Positions 40,968 through 54,316 of a DNA stretch of 64,000 nucleotides are shown here, one piece after another. How positions within the stretch are numbered: the first letter of the stretch is position 1; every line of letters begins with the position of its first letter. The position numbers were made by a program, and so were the translations under genes. The notes under the pieces were generated by a model, which had not been told where the DNA came from, made no database searches, and saw only the letters and a program-made list of their open reading frames with translations. The DNA comes from an uncultured Verrucomicrobiae bacterium (GTDB lineage: Bacteria > Verrucomicrobiota > Verrucomicrobiia > Limisphaerales > JAFGQR01). Location of the stretch: assembly GCA_963788655.1 (NCBI GenBank), contig CAWBHS010000072.1:192001-256000 (forward strand), read 5' to 3'.

Positions 40968-43900
40968 TCATTCCAACGACAAGCTGCTGATCGACTTCGT
41001 TTCCGTGATGCCGAAATGGTCCGGGTGGTACATTTCTTCGACCTTCGCCGCCGGAGCGGTGGCCGTGCCGGCCGCGCAAACCCGTGCCAAATAGCGAACG
41101 GTGTAACTTCCCGCCGGCAGGTCGTCGCGGAAGAATAAGGCGCGGTCGTTGCGCAGTTCGTGGAAGTCGCTGACAAAATCCTCCATGGCTGGCTGGTCGG
41201 CTCCACTTTGCCGCGATTTGAACGCTGGGGTAATGGCCTGGAGCACCGCCGGCAACGGATCATCGATAGCCACATAGTGTGATGCTTGGTGGGCCACCAA
41301 GTGCAGTGTCACCACGACGCTATCGCCCACGCGCAGTCCTTTGAGATCCGGCTGCACGCTGCCATCGTTGGAGACTCGGGCGTAGGTGCGTTCGACACTG
41401 AATCCTCGGTCCTGGCGTGGCGGATGCGCCACCGTCGAGCGGGCTTCGATTTTGGTTTCAAGGTAGAGTGGGTGGCCGCTCGGATTCTTGATGGCCAGCG
41501 GGAGCTTACCGGATTGGGGTGTGAGGGGAAATGCGCGTTCCGTTACCGCGGCTTGCGTTCCCAATTCAAACGGCTCGGATTCCTTTCCCCACACCACTTG
41601 TCCGCTGGCTGGCTGCAATTGGCCCTCCACGCGCGCGGCGTATTCCGTCAGCGCATAAACCGCCCAGGCATTACCTTGCGTAGTGCTCCAGTGTCCTTCC
41701 GTCTGAGTGCGCATAAGTTCGGCCACCAACACGTCCACCACCGGATCGGCTGGACGATAGCGTGTCCAGGCGAGCAATTGCATCGCCAGATCCCGTGCGT
41801 CACAATCAAACCAATCGTCCTGTTGCCCTGGCACGCGGAGCTTCGAGTTGAGCAACTCCTCGACCATCGCCGCCGGTCCCCGGCTTTCCAGGATGGCCAG
41901 CGCCAGCAGTGAACGATTCTCAGCGGACAGGGCCGAGCGGATTTGGAACAGCTTCTCCTGGTAAGCCGGTTCCGCCCGTCCGGCCAGCGCCAACGTATAT
42001 AGCGCCAGGCAGTGCGCGTTTAGACTAAAGGAGTCGCGGGATGTCAAACTGTCACGCATCTGCTGGCTCAAGTAGTTCAGCAGGCGTTCGAAATCCGAGT
42101 CCGGCCCCGCAAGCTCGCGGCGTTTGGCCAGGGCCAGAATCATTCCTCCGTAGGCGCTGCCCCATAATGAAGGTTCGCGTCCGCCGGGCCAGTAGGACAA
42201 TCCTCCGGCCGACGTTTGCATTGAGAACAGGCGTTCGATGCCGGTGCGAATGACCTTCTCCATTTCGGCAGGCGGCTTCTCCAGGAAAGGCGCCAAACCC
42301 GGCAGTCCGTTCAATACGATCCACGGCAGCAGACTGGAGCTGGTTTGTTCGATACAGCCATACGGATAGTGCAGCAGATGCGAAATCGCCGGGGCAAGTT
42401 GGACCAGCCGGGTATTGGCAATGCTGACGGTGACGGTGCCGCGGCCTTCAAGCAACTGCGGATTGGCACTGGCCAGCAGGTTGGTGGCGTTGCCTTTCTC
42501 TCTCGCGAGATGAATTTCGGACAACAGCGGCGCGATGTAACCGACCGGCAGCGTGGATTGGACAGCGTCCGTGAATGAATCGATACCACTCTGGGCGAAG
42601 CAGGCCCGCCAGATCCATTGCGCGGTGCCGGTTTGCACGAATTGAAGGGGGAACTCCACGACGGTCGAACCGTGCGCTGCAACGCGAACGGTTTGGCTGA
42701 GCGTTTGGGAAACCGGAGGCCCCGCCGCGCCGTTGGTGACCACCACGGCTTTGTCATCCAGTTGCAGCGTCACCGCGATGTCGCCCTGGTGGTCGGTTTG
42801 GTTGAGCACCACGGCCCGGGCAATGATGCGGTCCGTGAGGTTCGCGAAACGGGGCAAGGCTGGCTCGATCATCAGCGGCTTGTTGATCTCGAACGCCGAT
42901 TCCGCGCTGCCGAACTGGCTATGAGCGGTGTGCGCCACAGCGATGACCCGATAGCGTGTGAGACTGTCCGGAGCGGTAAAACTCGCGGAGACGGTGCCGT
43001 TCGAATCGGTCAGCATGGTCGCCTTCCAAAAGGCGCAGGCCAGGAAGTTTTTGCGCAAGCGTTCGCCAGACCGGCCACCCCCGCCGATGAGATAACCTTT
43101 GTTGTGGAACTGCAGTTCTTCGGGATCTTCCGGCAACACATTGAGCAGCGACAAACCGTTGCGCACGCCCAGCGGTCGAGGCTGGTTGAACAAGGTGTAA
43201 GGATCAGGCAACTCATACCCGGTCAAACTCAAGATGCCTTCGTCCACCGCGTAAAGCGTCACTTCCGCGCCCGCCACCGGATGCTTGCCCATGTCCGCCA
43301 CCTCAGTCACGACCTGCACGGTGTCGCCCGGACGATAATCCGTCGCACTCGGGCGGACGGTGAGCTGGAGCAGCCAGTCGGAATTTTCCACACGCAAGGG
43401 GCAATAGCCGAAGCGGTATTCGGGCATCTGGAATTGCTTCGGGCTGGATTCGTAGCCGCGAAGCAGCGTGACCGAGACAAAAACGTTGGGCGCATCGTTG
43501 GTTTCAATGGGCACCCGCACTACCGGCGCGTTCCCTTCGAGGCCGGTGATGAATGACCGTTTCACTGTCTCGCGCTCGACGGTCACCAGCGCGTCGCCAC
43601 TGATGGGAGTTTTCACCAGGATTTCGGCGGTCTGACCGGGCACGTAACTCTGCTGGTCGGGCACCAATTCGATCCGCACGGCATTGCGATAGTCCCAGGC
43701 CAGTTCCTGTTCGCCAGCGACATAGAAAGTCATGGTCGTGGCAACGGCCCGGCCCGCCGCATCCTGGCTTTCCAATTGGAGCGCATAGTGGCCTGCCTCG
43801 GGAGGAATGAACGGCGGCGGCACCGGCGTCAATTCGCCGTTGGCCAGGATGGTGAAATCCTGGGTCAGCACATTGGTGAGGTGGGACTCGTTGCGATACG

Positions 43901-46900
43901 CCGGCACGCGCCCGGCGCCCTGGATGCGCACCGTGTGCCATTCGATCCGTACCAGGCTTGAGCCGCGCCTTGACCGGGTCCGGCCAACGCTGGCCATCGG
44001 CCCGGACAACGACGGCTTCGAGAGGCAAGGGCTGGCCGGCGCGCACCACGTTCTTGAACCGTTTCAAGCCCACGTAAAAATCGGAACTCTGTTGCGTAAA
44101 CTCCACGCTGCGCGAGACGGTCTGCTGATTCAAGTCGGTCATCTCGACAAACACGTTGACGGCCCGCGGTTGAGGCGCCTGCGGATTGAGGGTGATCTCC
44201 GGAGTAAAGACGAAATTGGTCTTGTCCGAATAAACGCCCTCGCCCTGAAGGTGCAACGAGCCCGGTCCCGGTTCGTCGTCGCTGTCCCGCAAGTGCTCTC
44301 CGCAGAAGGCGAAGTCTTTGAATTCCGCCGGCGCAAACCCCGCATCGTTGGCAAACAACGACCACCGCACTTTCGCCCGGGTGAGTTCCTTGCCCAAGTA
44401 ATACTTGGCGGTCACGGGCAGTTCCACCTGCTCACCGGCGGCGTAGCTGGGTTTGGCCTTGATGGTGAGTTCGAACGCATTGGGCTTGAAGTCCTGCACA
44501 AAGAACTCGTGCTGGAATTCGGCGTGCTTCAGCTTCAGCTCCGCCCGGTAACTGCCGCGGACGCCCTGCGGCAAACGTACCGATTGGTCGCACGATCCCA
44601 TGGCACTGAGCGTGAGATTGGTCTCAAAGAACAAGTGGTTTTTGGCATCAAAACATCGCAGGGTGGCCTCCAGCCCGGCAGGTATTTTGAAACCGTTCTT
44701 GTCCCAGCCGCGGGCGATGGCTTTCAGGTGCAACGTCTCGCCGGGACGATACACCGGCCGATCACTGAACAGCAGCACGCGCACCGCGTCACGGCCTGCC
44801 GACCAGTCATAGGAGATGCCATAGCTACCCAGCCATAAACCGTAGTCGTCCATTTCCAACGCATGCAGGTCGTCGCCCAATTCGGCCATCAGGTACTTGG
44901 CTTTGCCGTCAAAAGACAGGCGTGCCTGGCCCTGGTCGTCGGACACGACTTCGGCCAACGTTTCATTGTCTTCGGTCAGTACGCGCACCGTCGCTCCCGG
45001 CGCCGGCTTCCCGGTGGCATAGGAGAACACCAGGACGAACGCCTCTCCCGGCGAGCGCTTCCAAAGCAGTCCCAGGTCAGTGAGCTGAATCAAGGTTTCG
45101 GTGCCGAGCCGTTTGCGTTGCTGGTAATCGCCCGAAACCGATTCAGCCGACAGAAAGATGGCGGCTTGTTTGCGGTCGCCCAGGATGGTGTCCCAACGCA
45201 ACGGGATGGTTTCGGCCACGTCGGTTTCGTTTTTCGGACGGAGTTCTTTGCGATAGATCGTGCGTCCCGGCACCACGTCGTAATCCACTTCGTTGTAAGG
45301 CTCCAACCAATCGTACTGCCCACGATGGCGTTTAAAGTAGCTATGGTAGCCGCGCAACGCGTAGATCAACGTCTGGCGGTCGAGCAGCTTGGCGCGCAAT
45401 TCGAACTGCGGCACATTCAATGCCAGCAGCTTGAAATCGCGGTTGCCGCCCGAGAGTTGGTCGCTGGCAAAGGCCGGGAAATACAGCCGCGGCGGAATGA
45501 TGTCGAACGTGAACTGGTTCGTCCACGTGGCTTCGAGCCGGAACGGTTGAGCGGAAGGTAGGCCGCGCTGCACCGTCAACGTATAGGGCCGGTGCAAGGC
45601 AAAGTCGCCGTGGAGCACCAACTGGTTCCAACTCACATCCGCGGTGAGATCATTCACGGCCGGCGCAACGGAAATCCATTCCGTGAAGTTGGTGGCATTG
45701 AGATTGGTGGAAACCTGTTTGGAGAACGCCAGCGTGAGCGTCTTGCCACGATTGATGATGTTGTTCGCCTGGGCCTTGGTGATTTCGAATGGACGCACGT
45801 CGCCAATCAACACCTCGAAATTCTGCGGTAACCGCAGATCGTCGTCGCGCGCCGGCAGTCCTTTGGCGAGCACCAGTTTCCAGGCACGTCCGGGCGAGAG
45901 CGGGTGCGCAGGCCAGGCGACCAGGCGATGGGGAAAACCGGGGGGCGCATTGGTGGCAAGGTTGTCCGGCAGATCGGTTGAAGGTTCCTCTGTGCCCGAG
46001 TTTTCCCGAGCATTGGAAAATTGATCCTGCCAGGACAACGGGGAATTGGGATAAATCTGGAAATAATCATCCGTGTCCGCCTGGCGCACATTGGCCGCGA
46101 CGCGGTTGCCTTCCTGGTCGCGAAAACTCATGAACGGACTCGCGGCGCTGGCACTGACGTTGGCGTTGAACTGAAGCTTGATGATGGGTTCCGCCGACGC
46201 ATTTCGGGAGGAGTATTCACTCGGAGTCGCATTCATGGCCGTAAACGGCGGTGTTCGTAGCGTGCGATTCAATCGCGCCCGCCCCGAATGGCCAGCGGGA
46301 TCTCTGAGCCCGGCGCGCAGCGTGAACAGATAGCTCCGGTTCAATGCGAGCGCTTCGCTGGGCGTGAACACTCCGCTGCGCGTGCTCAGCCAGGTAAAGG
46401 TGCCCGCGACCGGCGGAGAAATGGCCAACGGTGATGGGGTGGCAGTTTGGCCGACTTTCTCGGCGCTGACCACGGGCGCGTCAAACCGTAGTTCAAAGGT
46501 GCTGCTGGGTGCCAGATCGTCGGTGTTCAGCACCAATTGCACTCCCACCGAGGATTCCCTCGAGGAGGAACAACTGGCGCCCAAGAACGCGACACTCAAC
46601 AAAGCGAGCACCCTGAACACAATCCCGGCGCCGGCGAATCTGGTATGGCGTAATCTTAGAGCCTGTTTTAAAATTCGGCGTGGTCCTGTTTTCGCGGAAA
46701 AGGCCGGCTGGCGAGGCGCGACGAAGGAGCATACCCGCCAGCGGTCTGGGACTGAGAAGCAACGAAGGCAGTCGGCCTTTTCCGCGAAAACCCGCAGGGC
46801 GGTGGCTCTTTTGCCCGGGGGCTTCGTTGGCTCGGTCCTTACAGCCCACTGCGGGGATGCGCGGACCTCGCCGCCTCGCCCCCGTCCAATATCCCTCGCC

Positions 46901-46938
46901 GCAGGACCTCGCCCAATTTTAAAACAGGCTCTTAACAT
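40968..46938 (-). CDS. Bacterial alpha-2-macroglobulin (YfhM-like) lipoprotein; frameshift near 43958; in-frame MITE after the start codon
   Basis: Lipobox LGAS-C; SDRPVYRPGE, QDFKPNAF, VTLYAVDEGIL, PDSLTRYR, thioester YPYGCIEQ, STTQGN, KVEEMYHP. The two track ORFs join by removing one C (KARLK|LVRIEWH). Confidence 0.9.
46659..46931. mobile_element. 273-bp MITE with 17-bp terminal inverted repeats and TTA target-site duplication
   Basis: gagcctgttttaaaatt (46659-46675) / aattttaaaacaggctc (46915-46931). tta on both flanks (46656-46658, 46932-46934). Internal hairpin ttttcgcggaaaaggccg...cggccttttccgcgaaaa. Confidence 0.88.
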
Positions 46939-47390
46939 AATCTTGCCGCTTTCATGCGTCGTTTCATCCGCAACAACGCGCAGGACCGGAAAGTTAATTG
47001 CTCAGAAATACCGACAATCTGTAGCTGCCGACGTAAAGAGGCGGACCGTAAGCATCCTGACCGTGCTCCGTCTCCTGGCATCGGCGGCGGCGGGCTTGAA
47101 ATATCCGAGTTAGCCAACCTGCCGGTCGATGTCTCGATGCCCGGGTTGCGGATTTGTGAGACTGACACCCTTGAGGCTGAAGCGATCTGTGTTGGAGTCA
47201 AAATAATTTTGTTCACAAAAACTGCCGTGGCACCCATGTCCACAATTCAACGACGGCAAACATCATGATCACCTTGGACATCTGATTTGTTGCGGAGACG
47301 TCGCTGCGGGGCAGGTGGTTGGTGCAGGATGGGAACGACCCACGAGGCGCCGTGCTTGACGCTCGGCCTTCCGGCCATGTTAATCGCCCC

Positions 47391-49478
47391 ATGCACAAAC
47401 TGATTCAGTACCGGACCTTCGCGACGTTCTGCTTCGGAATCTTCTATTTGGCCGCGGGGGGAGTGTTTGCCGCCAAACCCGTCATCCGGGAAATCGTGGT
47501 GACGAATGACTTGGCGCTTGAAGCGGGCGCCACCTTATCGGCGCGGTTGGTGGTCCGCGCCAGCCACGTGACGATTGATGGCCGCGGTGCCACGCTGGTC
47601 GGCGCCGGTCAGGTCGGTGATCCAAAATCGCTGGAAACCGCCGGGGTTGGGATCACGATTGAAGGCGCAGTCGGGGTAACGGTGAAGAACCTCAAAGTGC
47701 GCGGATTTGCTACGGGCCTGGTGCTGCGGCATTGTCGGGCGGTGATGATCACGGACTGCGACTTATCGGACAACTACCACAATCCCAAGCACGGCTGGGG
47801 AGAACTGCCGCCGCGGGGAGGTATTCGGCTGGAGGACGTGCATCAAAGTGTCATTCGCCATAATCACGCCAACCGTGTCTGGGACGCGCTTCACTTGGTG
47901 GATTCCGATGACAACTTGGTCGAGGACAATGATTTTTCCCATTGTTCAAACACCTGCGCAAAATTATGGCACTCGTCGCACAATCAATTTCTAAACAACA
48001 ACCTTTCCTACGGCATTCGCATTGATCGCGCCGCCGGCGAAGTCCACGCCCGGGATTCGACTTCGGTACTCATCGAAACGGGTTCGAACGACAATTACTG
48101 GTATCGCAATGACATCACCCACGGCGGCGATGGCATTTTCATTCGCCCGCTAAACCGCTGGGTTTCGCGCGGCAATGTGTTTGTGGAAAACGACACGTCC
48201 TACGCGAACAACAATTGCGTGGAATCCTGGAGTCCGGGGAACACCTTTATCCGCAACGCAGCCAACCACGGTAGCTACGGGTTCTGGCTGGGCGGCAGCG
48301 ATCAGACGGTGCTTATCGGCAACGAAGCGGCGTTCAACGGGCTCACGAATGGTTATCACAATGCGCCCGAACCCGGCTTCCGCCACGGCGGCATTGTGAT
48401 TGTGGGCGGACCTTCGAGTCACACGCGGATTGAAGGCAATTATCTCCACGACAACAACGGCGCGGGCCTGGCCTTCCGCGGCGACTCCGGCTCGCAAGGA
48501 CAGCGGTGGCGCACAGAGCATTGGGTGGTGCAGCAAAACCGGATTGCGAACAACCGGTTCGGCGTCTGGGGGCGATGGGGGGAAGCAATTTTGATGGCGG
48601 CGAATGAGTTCACCAACAATACCGAGGGCAACTTCATCCAGGATGTCACCGACCAGATCGACTTGCCGGCGAATCCCGCCGTTCAAATCGCCCCGACTGC
48701 GAAGATTCTCGCTCCGGAAGTGGCGTTGACGGGACAAAGCATCCGGTTCGATGCCAGTCTCAGCCAGGACTTCCTGGGCCGCCCGTTGAATTTCCATTGG
48801 TGGCTGGCCGGCCCGGCCGGTGAGCAATCCGTGCTCGAACGCACGTTTGCCAAACCGGGCTTTTATCGCTTGGGGCTGACCGTGGACAATGGCGCGCTGG
48901 CCGGTCTTGCCTGGCGGGATTTGTTCGTGGTGCAACCGGTAACGCGGGAGCTGGGTACTGAAGGGCAAGCCAGCCGTTGGGGATACGAACTTGAATGGAA
49001 CCAAGACGGCAAGGGCCGGATCATTTTTGCGGACGACCCGCAGGGACTCATTGGTCGTGCCTGCCTGCGGTTCACGCCCAATCCTTATCCCGGCGCGTAT
49101 GCCACGGCCATTTATCCCGCGACGCGCGATGCGGGCTGGAGCTTTGCGGGCAAGCAGGAAATCCGTTTCTGGATCAAAGCGCAGAATCCCAATTTGCCCG
49201 GCTATCAAAACGCCGGTCCGGTGATTCGTCTGCTGGGCGCCGGCGGACAAATCGAATTCAAACCGGTCAAGGATGCCAATCTGCTGAACGATCCGCCGTT
49301 CAGCGAAGCGCGCTGGCTCTGGATGCCAATCACCATACCACTCTCTGGTGACGCCCAGTGGCAACGCACAGCGACGGGATCGGTTGGGCTTGGACGCATC
49401 GAAGCTCTCAGCATCTCGATTGATTCCTGGGGCAGCGATCCGTTCATCGTGTGGCTGGATGGCCTGACGGTGGAGTAG
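47391..49478 (+). CDS. Secreted right-handed beta-helix (NosD-like) protein with PKD-like and C-terminal beta-sandwich domains
   Basis: Signal-like N-terminus; Asn-ladder repeats (DSDDNLVEDNDFS, SNDNYWYRND, GNTFIRN); FDASLSQD...PGFYRLGLTVDNG PKD-like segment; ends WLDGLTVE. Confidence 0.75.
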   Translation: MHKLIQYRTFATFCFGIFYLAAGGVFAAKPVIREIVVTNDLALEAGATLSARLVVRASHVTIDGRGATLVGAGQVGDPKSLETAGVGITIEGAVGVTVKNLKVRGFATGLVLRHCRAVMITDCDLSDNYHNPKHGWGELPPRGGIRLEDVHQSVIRHNHANRVWDALHLVDSDDNLVEDNDFSHCSNTCAKLWHSSHNQFLNNNLSYGIRIDRAAGEVHARDSTSVLIETGSNDNYWYRNDITHGGDGIFIRPLNRWVSRGNVFVENDTSYANNNCVESWSPGNTFIRNAANHGSYGFWLGGSDQTVLIGNEAAFNGLTNGYHNAPEPGFRHGGIVIVGGPSSHTRIEGNYLHDNNGAGLAFRGDSGSQGQRWRTEHWVVQQNRIANNRFGVWGRWGEAILMAANEFTNNTEGNFIQDVTDQIDLPANPAVQIAPTAKILAPEVALTGQSIRFDASLSQDFLGRPLNFHWWLAGPAGEQSVLERTFAKPGFYRLGLTVDNGALAGLAWRDLFVVQPVTRELGTEGQASRWGYELEWNQDGKGRIIFADDPQGLIGRACLRFTPNPYPGAYATAIYPATRDAGWSFAGKQEIRFWIKAQNPNLPGYQNAGPVIRLLGAGGQIEFKPVKDANLLNDPPFSEARWLWMPITIPLSGDAQWQRTATGSVGLGRIEALSISIDSWGSDPFIVWLDGLTVE

Positions 49479-49627
49479 CGTGCTGCCGGCATCTTGCCGG
49501 CAGATCGAACGGAAAAAGACGCTGCCAATTGGCCAGGCAGTTCGAGCGCACTTGGCGCTTCCGAGGCCGGCACCGGTTCGGATGTTCACGATGCATCCGT
49601 TTCTGCCGGCGAGACGCCGGCAGCACG
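49479..49627. repeat. REP-like palindrome family B
   Basis: cgtgctgccggcatcttgccggcaga...tctgccggcgagacgccggcagcacg, directly after a stop codon. Confidence 0.82.
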
Positions 49628-49747
49628 TTGGAAGCAGCACGTTGCCGGCGGGGCTCTATTCCTTTAAGGTTGGTAAGGTTTTCCAAACGGCAAACCAAGC
49701 GTTTGCCTGGTGGTCGCAACGCCGCTCACATCTGAAGTTAAACCAAC

Positions 49748-51301
49748 ATGGCAGGAATCCGCATGAATCAGAAGAACCTCCATCAAGCTGAAGGTATCCT
49801 TTTTACGGACCAATACCAACTGACCATGGCTCAACTGTATTTTCGGTTGGGGTTGGCGGAAAAACCTGCATTGTTCGAACATTTCTTTCGGAGCTATCCG
49901 GACTACGGCGCGCATCAAGCCGGCTATTGCATTAACGCCGGTCTGGCCTGGTTGCTCCAATGGATGCAACAAGCGCGGTTCGAAGCGGACGACATCGAAT
50001 GCTTGCGGTCACAACGTGGAAAGAACGGCCAACCCACCTTTGCCGAGGATTTCCTGGAATGGTTGGCTGGTCGCGATTTCAGTGAAGTCACTTTGCACGC
50101 CATTCCGGAGGGTTGCACCGTTCACGCCAACGTGCCGTTAACGGTTGCCGAAGGTCCGCTCGGGATGGCTCAGATTCTGGAGACTGCCTTGTTGAACCAA
50201 CTGAACTATCAAACCCTGGTCGCCACCAAGGCGGCACGCATCAAGCACAGTGGCGAAGGGCAGGTTATCATCGACTTCGGCACGCGGCGGGCGCAAGCCC
50301 GAGGCGCCAGTGCCGGCGTGCGCGCGGCGCTGATTGGTGGCGCCGATTTCAGTTCCAATACCGGCGTGTCCCACAGGTTGGGTTTGCCGCCCAAGGGAAC
50401 TCACGCCCATAGCATGGTCCAGGTTTTCCTGGCGCTGGGGGAGGGGGAACTGGGTGCCTTCCGTGCCTACGCGGACTTGTATCCTGACGATTGTCTGCTG
50501 TTGGTGGACACGATCAACACGTTGGAAAGCGGGGTGCCCAACGCGATCACCGTCTTTGAAGAATTGAAACGCAAAGGACATTCGCCGGTGGGCATTCGGC
50601 TGGATTCCGGCGACTTGGCCTATCTCAGCATTCGCGCCGCCCGCATGCTGAACGATGCCGGTTTTCCGGACGCGCAAATTGTCCTGTCGAATCAACTGGA
50701 CGAACTCATCCTGCTCCAGATTATCCGGCAGATCCGCGAGGAAGCGCCGCGTCATGGCGTGGACGCCGACCATCTCATTCGTCGGTTGGTGTATGGCGTT
50801 GGCACTCGCATGATCACGTCCGCGGGCGATTCCGCCCTCAACGGCGTTTACAAGTTGGTGGCCGTCCAGGACCACGGTGAATGGCAACCCGCCGTCAAGC
50901 TCTCCGAGGTTCCGGAAAAAACCCTGAATCCCGGCAAGAAACGGGTCTGGCGAATCTATGACGAACGGGAGATGGCCTCGGCTGACGTGCTGGCCCTCGA
51001 GGAGGAAGACTTGGCGGCGAGCGAACCCCTGGTGTTGCAGCATCCGCTGTCGTCCGGAAAAAGCCGGCGCCTCTCGCGTCAACAAATCGTACGCCTCGAA
51101 CCGTTGCTGACGGAGGTTTGGAAAAGCGGCGCGCCGACCTTCGAGCCGGAGAGCCTCGAGGTCATTCGGCAACGGCGCGATGAAGATTTGGCGCGCCTCG
51201 ATCCGGGCGTCCGACGGATTGTCAACCCGCACGTGTACCATGTGTCCTTGACCCAACGGCTTTGGGATTTGAAACGCAAATTGATCGAGTCGATGCGCTG
51301 A
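49748..51301 (+). CDS. pncB: Nicotinate phosphoribosyltransferase
   Basis: [42 protein letters not shown]. Start 49748 or 49763. Confidence 0.93.
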   Translation: MAGIRMNQKNLHQAEGILFTDQYQLTMAQLYFRLGLAEKPALFEHFFRSYPDYGAHQAGYCINAGLAWLLQWMQQARFEADDIECLRSQRGKNGQPTFAEDFLEWLAGRDFSEVTLHAIPEGCTVHANVPLTVAEGPLGMAQILETALLNQLNYQTLVATKAARIKHSGEGQVIIDFGTRRAQARGASAGVRAALIGGADFSSNTGVSHRLGLPPKGTHAHSMVQVFLALGEGELGAFRAYADLYPDDCLLLVDTINTLESGVPNAITVFEELKRKGHSPVGIRLDSGDLAYLSIRAARMLNDAGFPDAQIVLSNQLDELILLQIIRQIREEAPRHGVDADHLIRRLVYGVGTRMITSAGDSALNGVYKLVAVQDHGEWQPAVKLSEVPEKTLNPGKKRVWRIYDEREMASADVLALEEEDLAASEPLVLQHPLSSGKSRRLSRQQIVRLEPLLTEVWKSGAPTFEPESLEVIRQRRDEDLARLDPGVRRIVNPHVYHVSLTQRLWDLKRKLIESMR

Positions 51302-51370
51302 GGTCAACGTTTCAATTCAACCACTGATGGACACATACTGATGAGACCGCGGGAGGGGCTACGCTTTGCC

Positions 51371-51415
51371 GTAGCGCAGATTTTGAATCTGCCGTATCGC
51401 CGAATTGCATTCGGC
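51371..51415. repeat. Single arm of a further GTAG-type REP-like repeat
   Basis: gtagcgcagattttgaatctgccgtatcgccgaattgcattcggc contains two short hairpins after GTAG; only one copy in the window. Confidence 0.45.
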
Positions 51416-51508
51416 AACCTGTCCGCAGCTCCGAAGCCGGCGGGGATAGGCGTGGCGCATGTCCTGCCAACGCATTTGTGCGTCACGGGTTCCCAGTTTC
51501 CATCGTGA

Positions 51509-53646
<2,138 letters not shown>

Positions 53647-53670
53647 AGTGCGGCCTTGCCGCGCGGACAA

Positions 53671-54300
53671 CGTGCTGCCGGCATCTTGCCGGCAGTCTGG
53701 AACAGGAGCGGTGAATAATGCCCGATCCTCAATGCCCACTGCTCCTGCAACCTGCTGCTCGATTCTCGTTTTGGCGCTTGGGCTTTGGGCGTTCTTTGGT
53801 CCTTGGTCGTTGGCTATTGGGCATTGTCGTCCCAGCCATGGACATTCGATCGCCACTCTTGCATTCGTTTCTGCCGGCGAGACGCCAGCAGCACGTTGTT
53901 GGCAGCGTGCTGCCGGCATCTTGCCGGCAGTTTGGAACAGGAGCGGTGAATAATGCCCGATCCCCAATGCTCATCGTTCCTGCAACCTGCTGCTCGATTG
54001 TCGTTTTGGCGCTTGGTCCTTGGTCGTTGGCTATTGGGCATTGTCGTCCCCACCATGTACGTTCGATCGCCACGCTTGCATTCGTTTCTGCCGGCGGGAC
54101 GCCGGCAGCACGTTGGCAGCGTGCTGCCGGCATCTTGCCGGCAGTTTGGAACAGGAGCGGCGAATAATGCCCAATCCCCAATGCTCATCGTTCCTGCAAC
54201 CTGCTGCTCGATTGTCGTTTTGGCGCTTGGTCTTTGGTCGTTGGCTATTGGGCATTGTCGTCCCCACCATGGGCGGGACGCCGGCAGCACGTTGTTGGCA
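53671..54300. repeat. Tandem array of ~3 units (235, 214 and ~180 bp) of a family-B composite repeat
   Basis: Units start cgtgctgccggcatcttgccggcagt.tggaacaggagcgg at 53671, 53906 and 54120; interiors are near-identical apart from deletions. Confidence 0.88.
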
Positions 54301-54316
54301 GCGACGATTGCTCTTG

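Noticed and set aside
40288..41079. ORFs of 263 and 225 aa between A2M and pbpC
   Set aside because: They are translations of the 288-bp repeats and family-E palindromes (PSPRPSPLGRG, SLSLRERVRVRG), not credible genes.
53671..54300. Possible CRISPR array (25-bp palindromic repeat recurring)
   Set aside because: Intervening sequences are ~200 bp and near-identical rather than unique 30-40 bp spacers. The same repeat is dispersed elsewhere and there are no cas genes.
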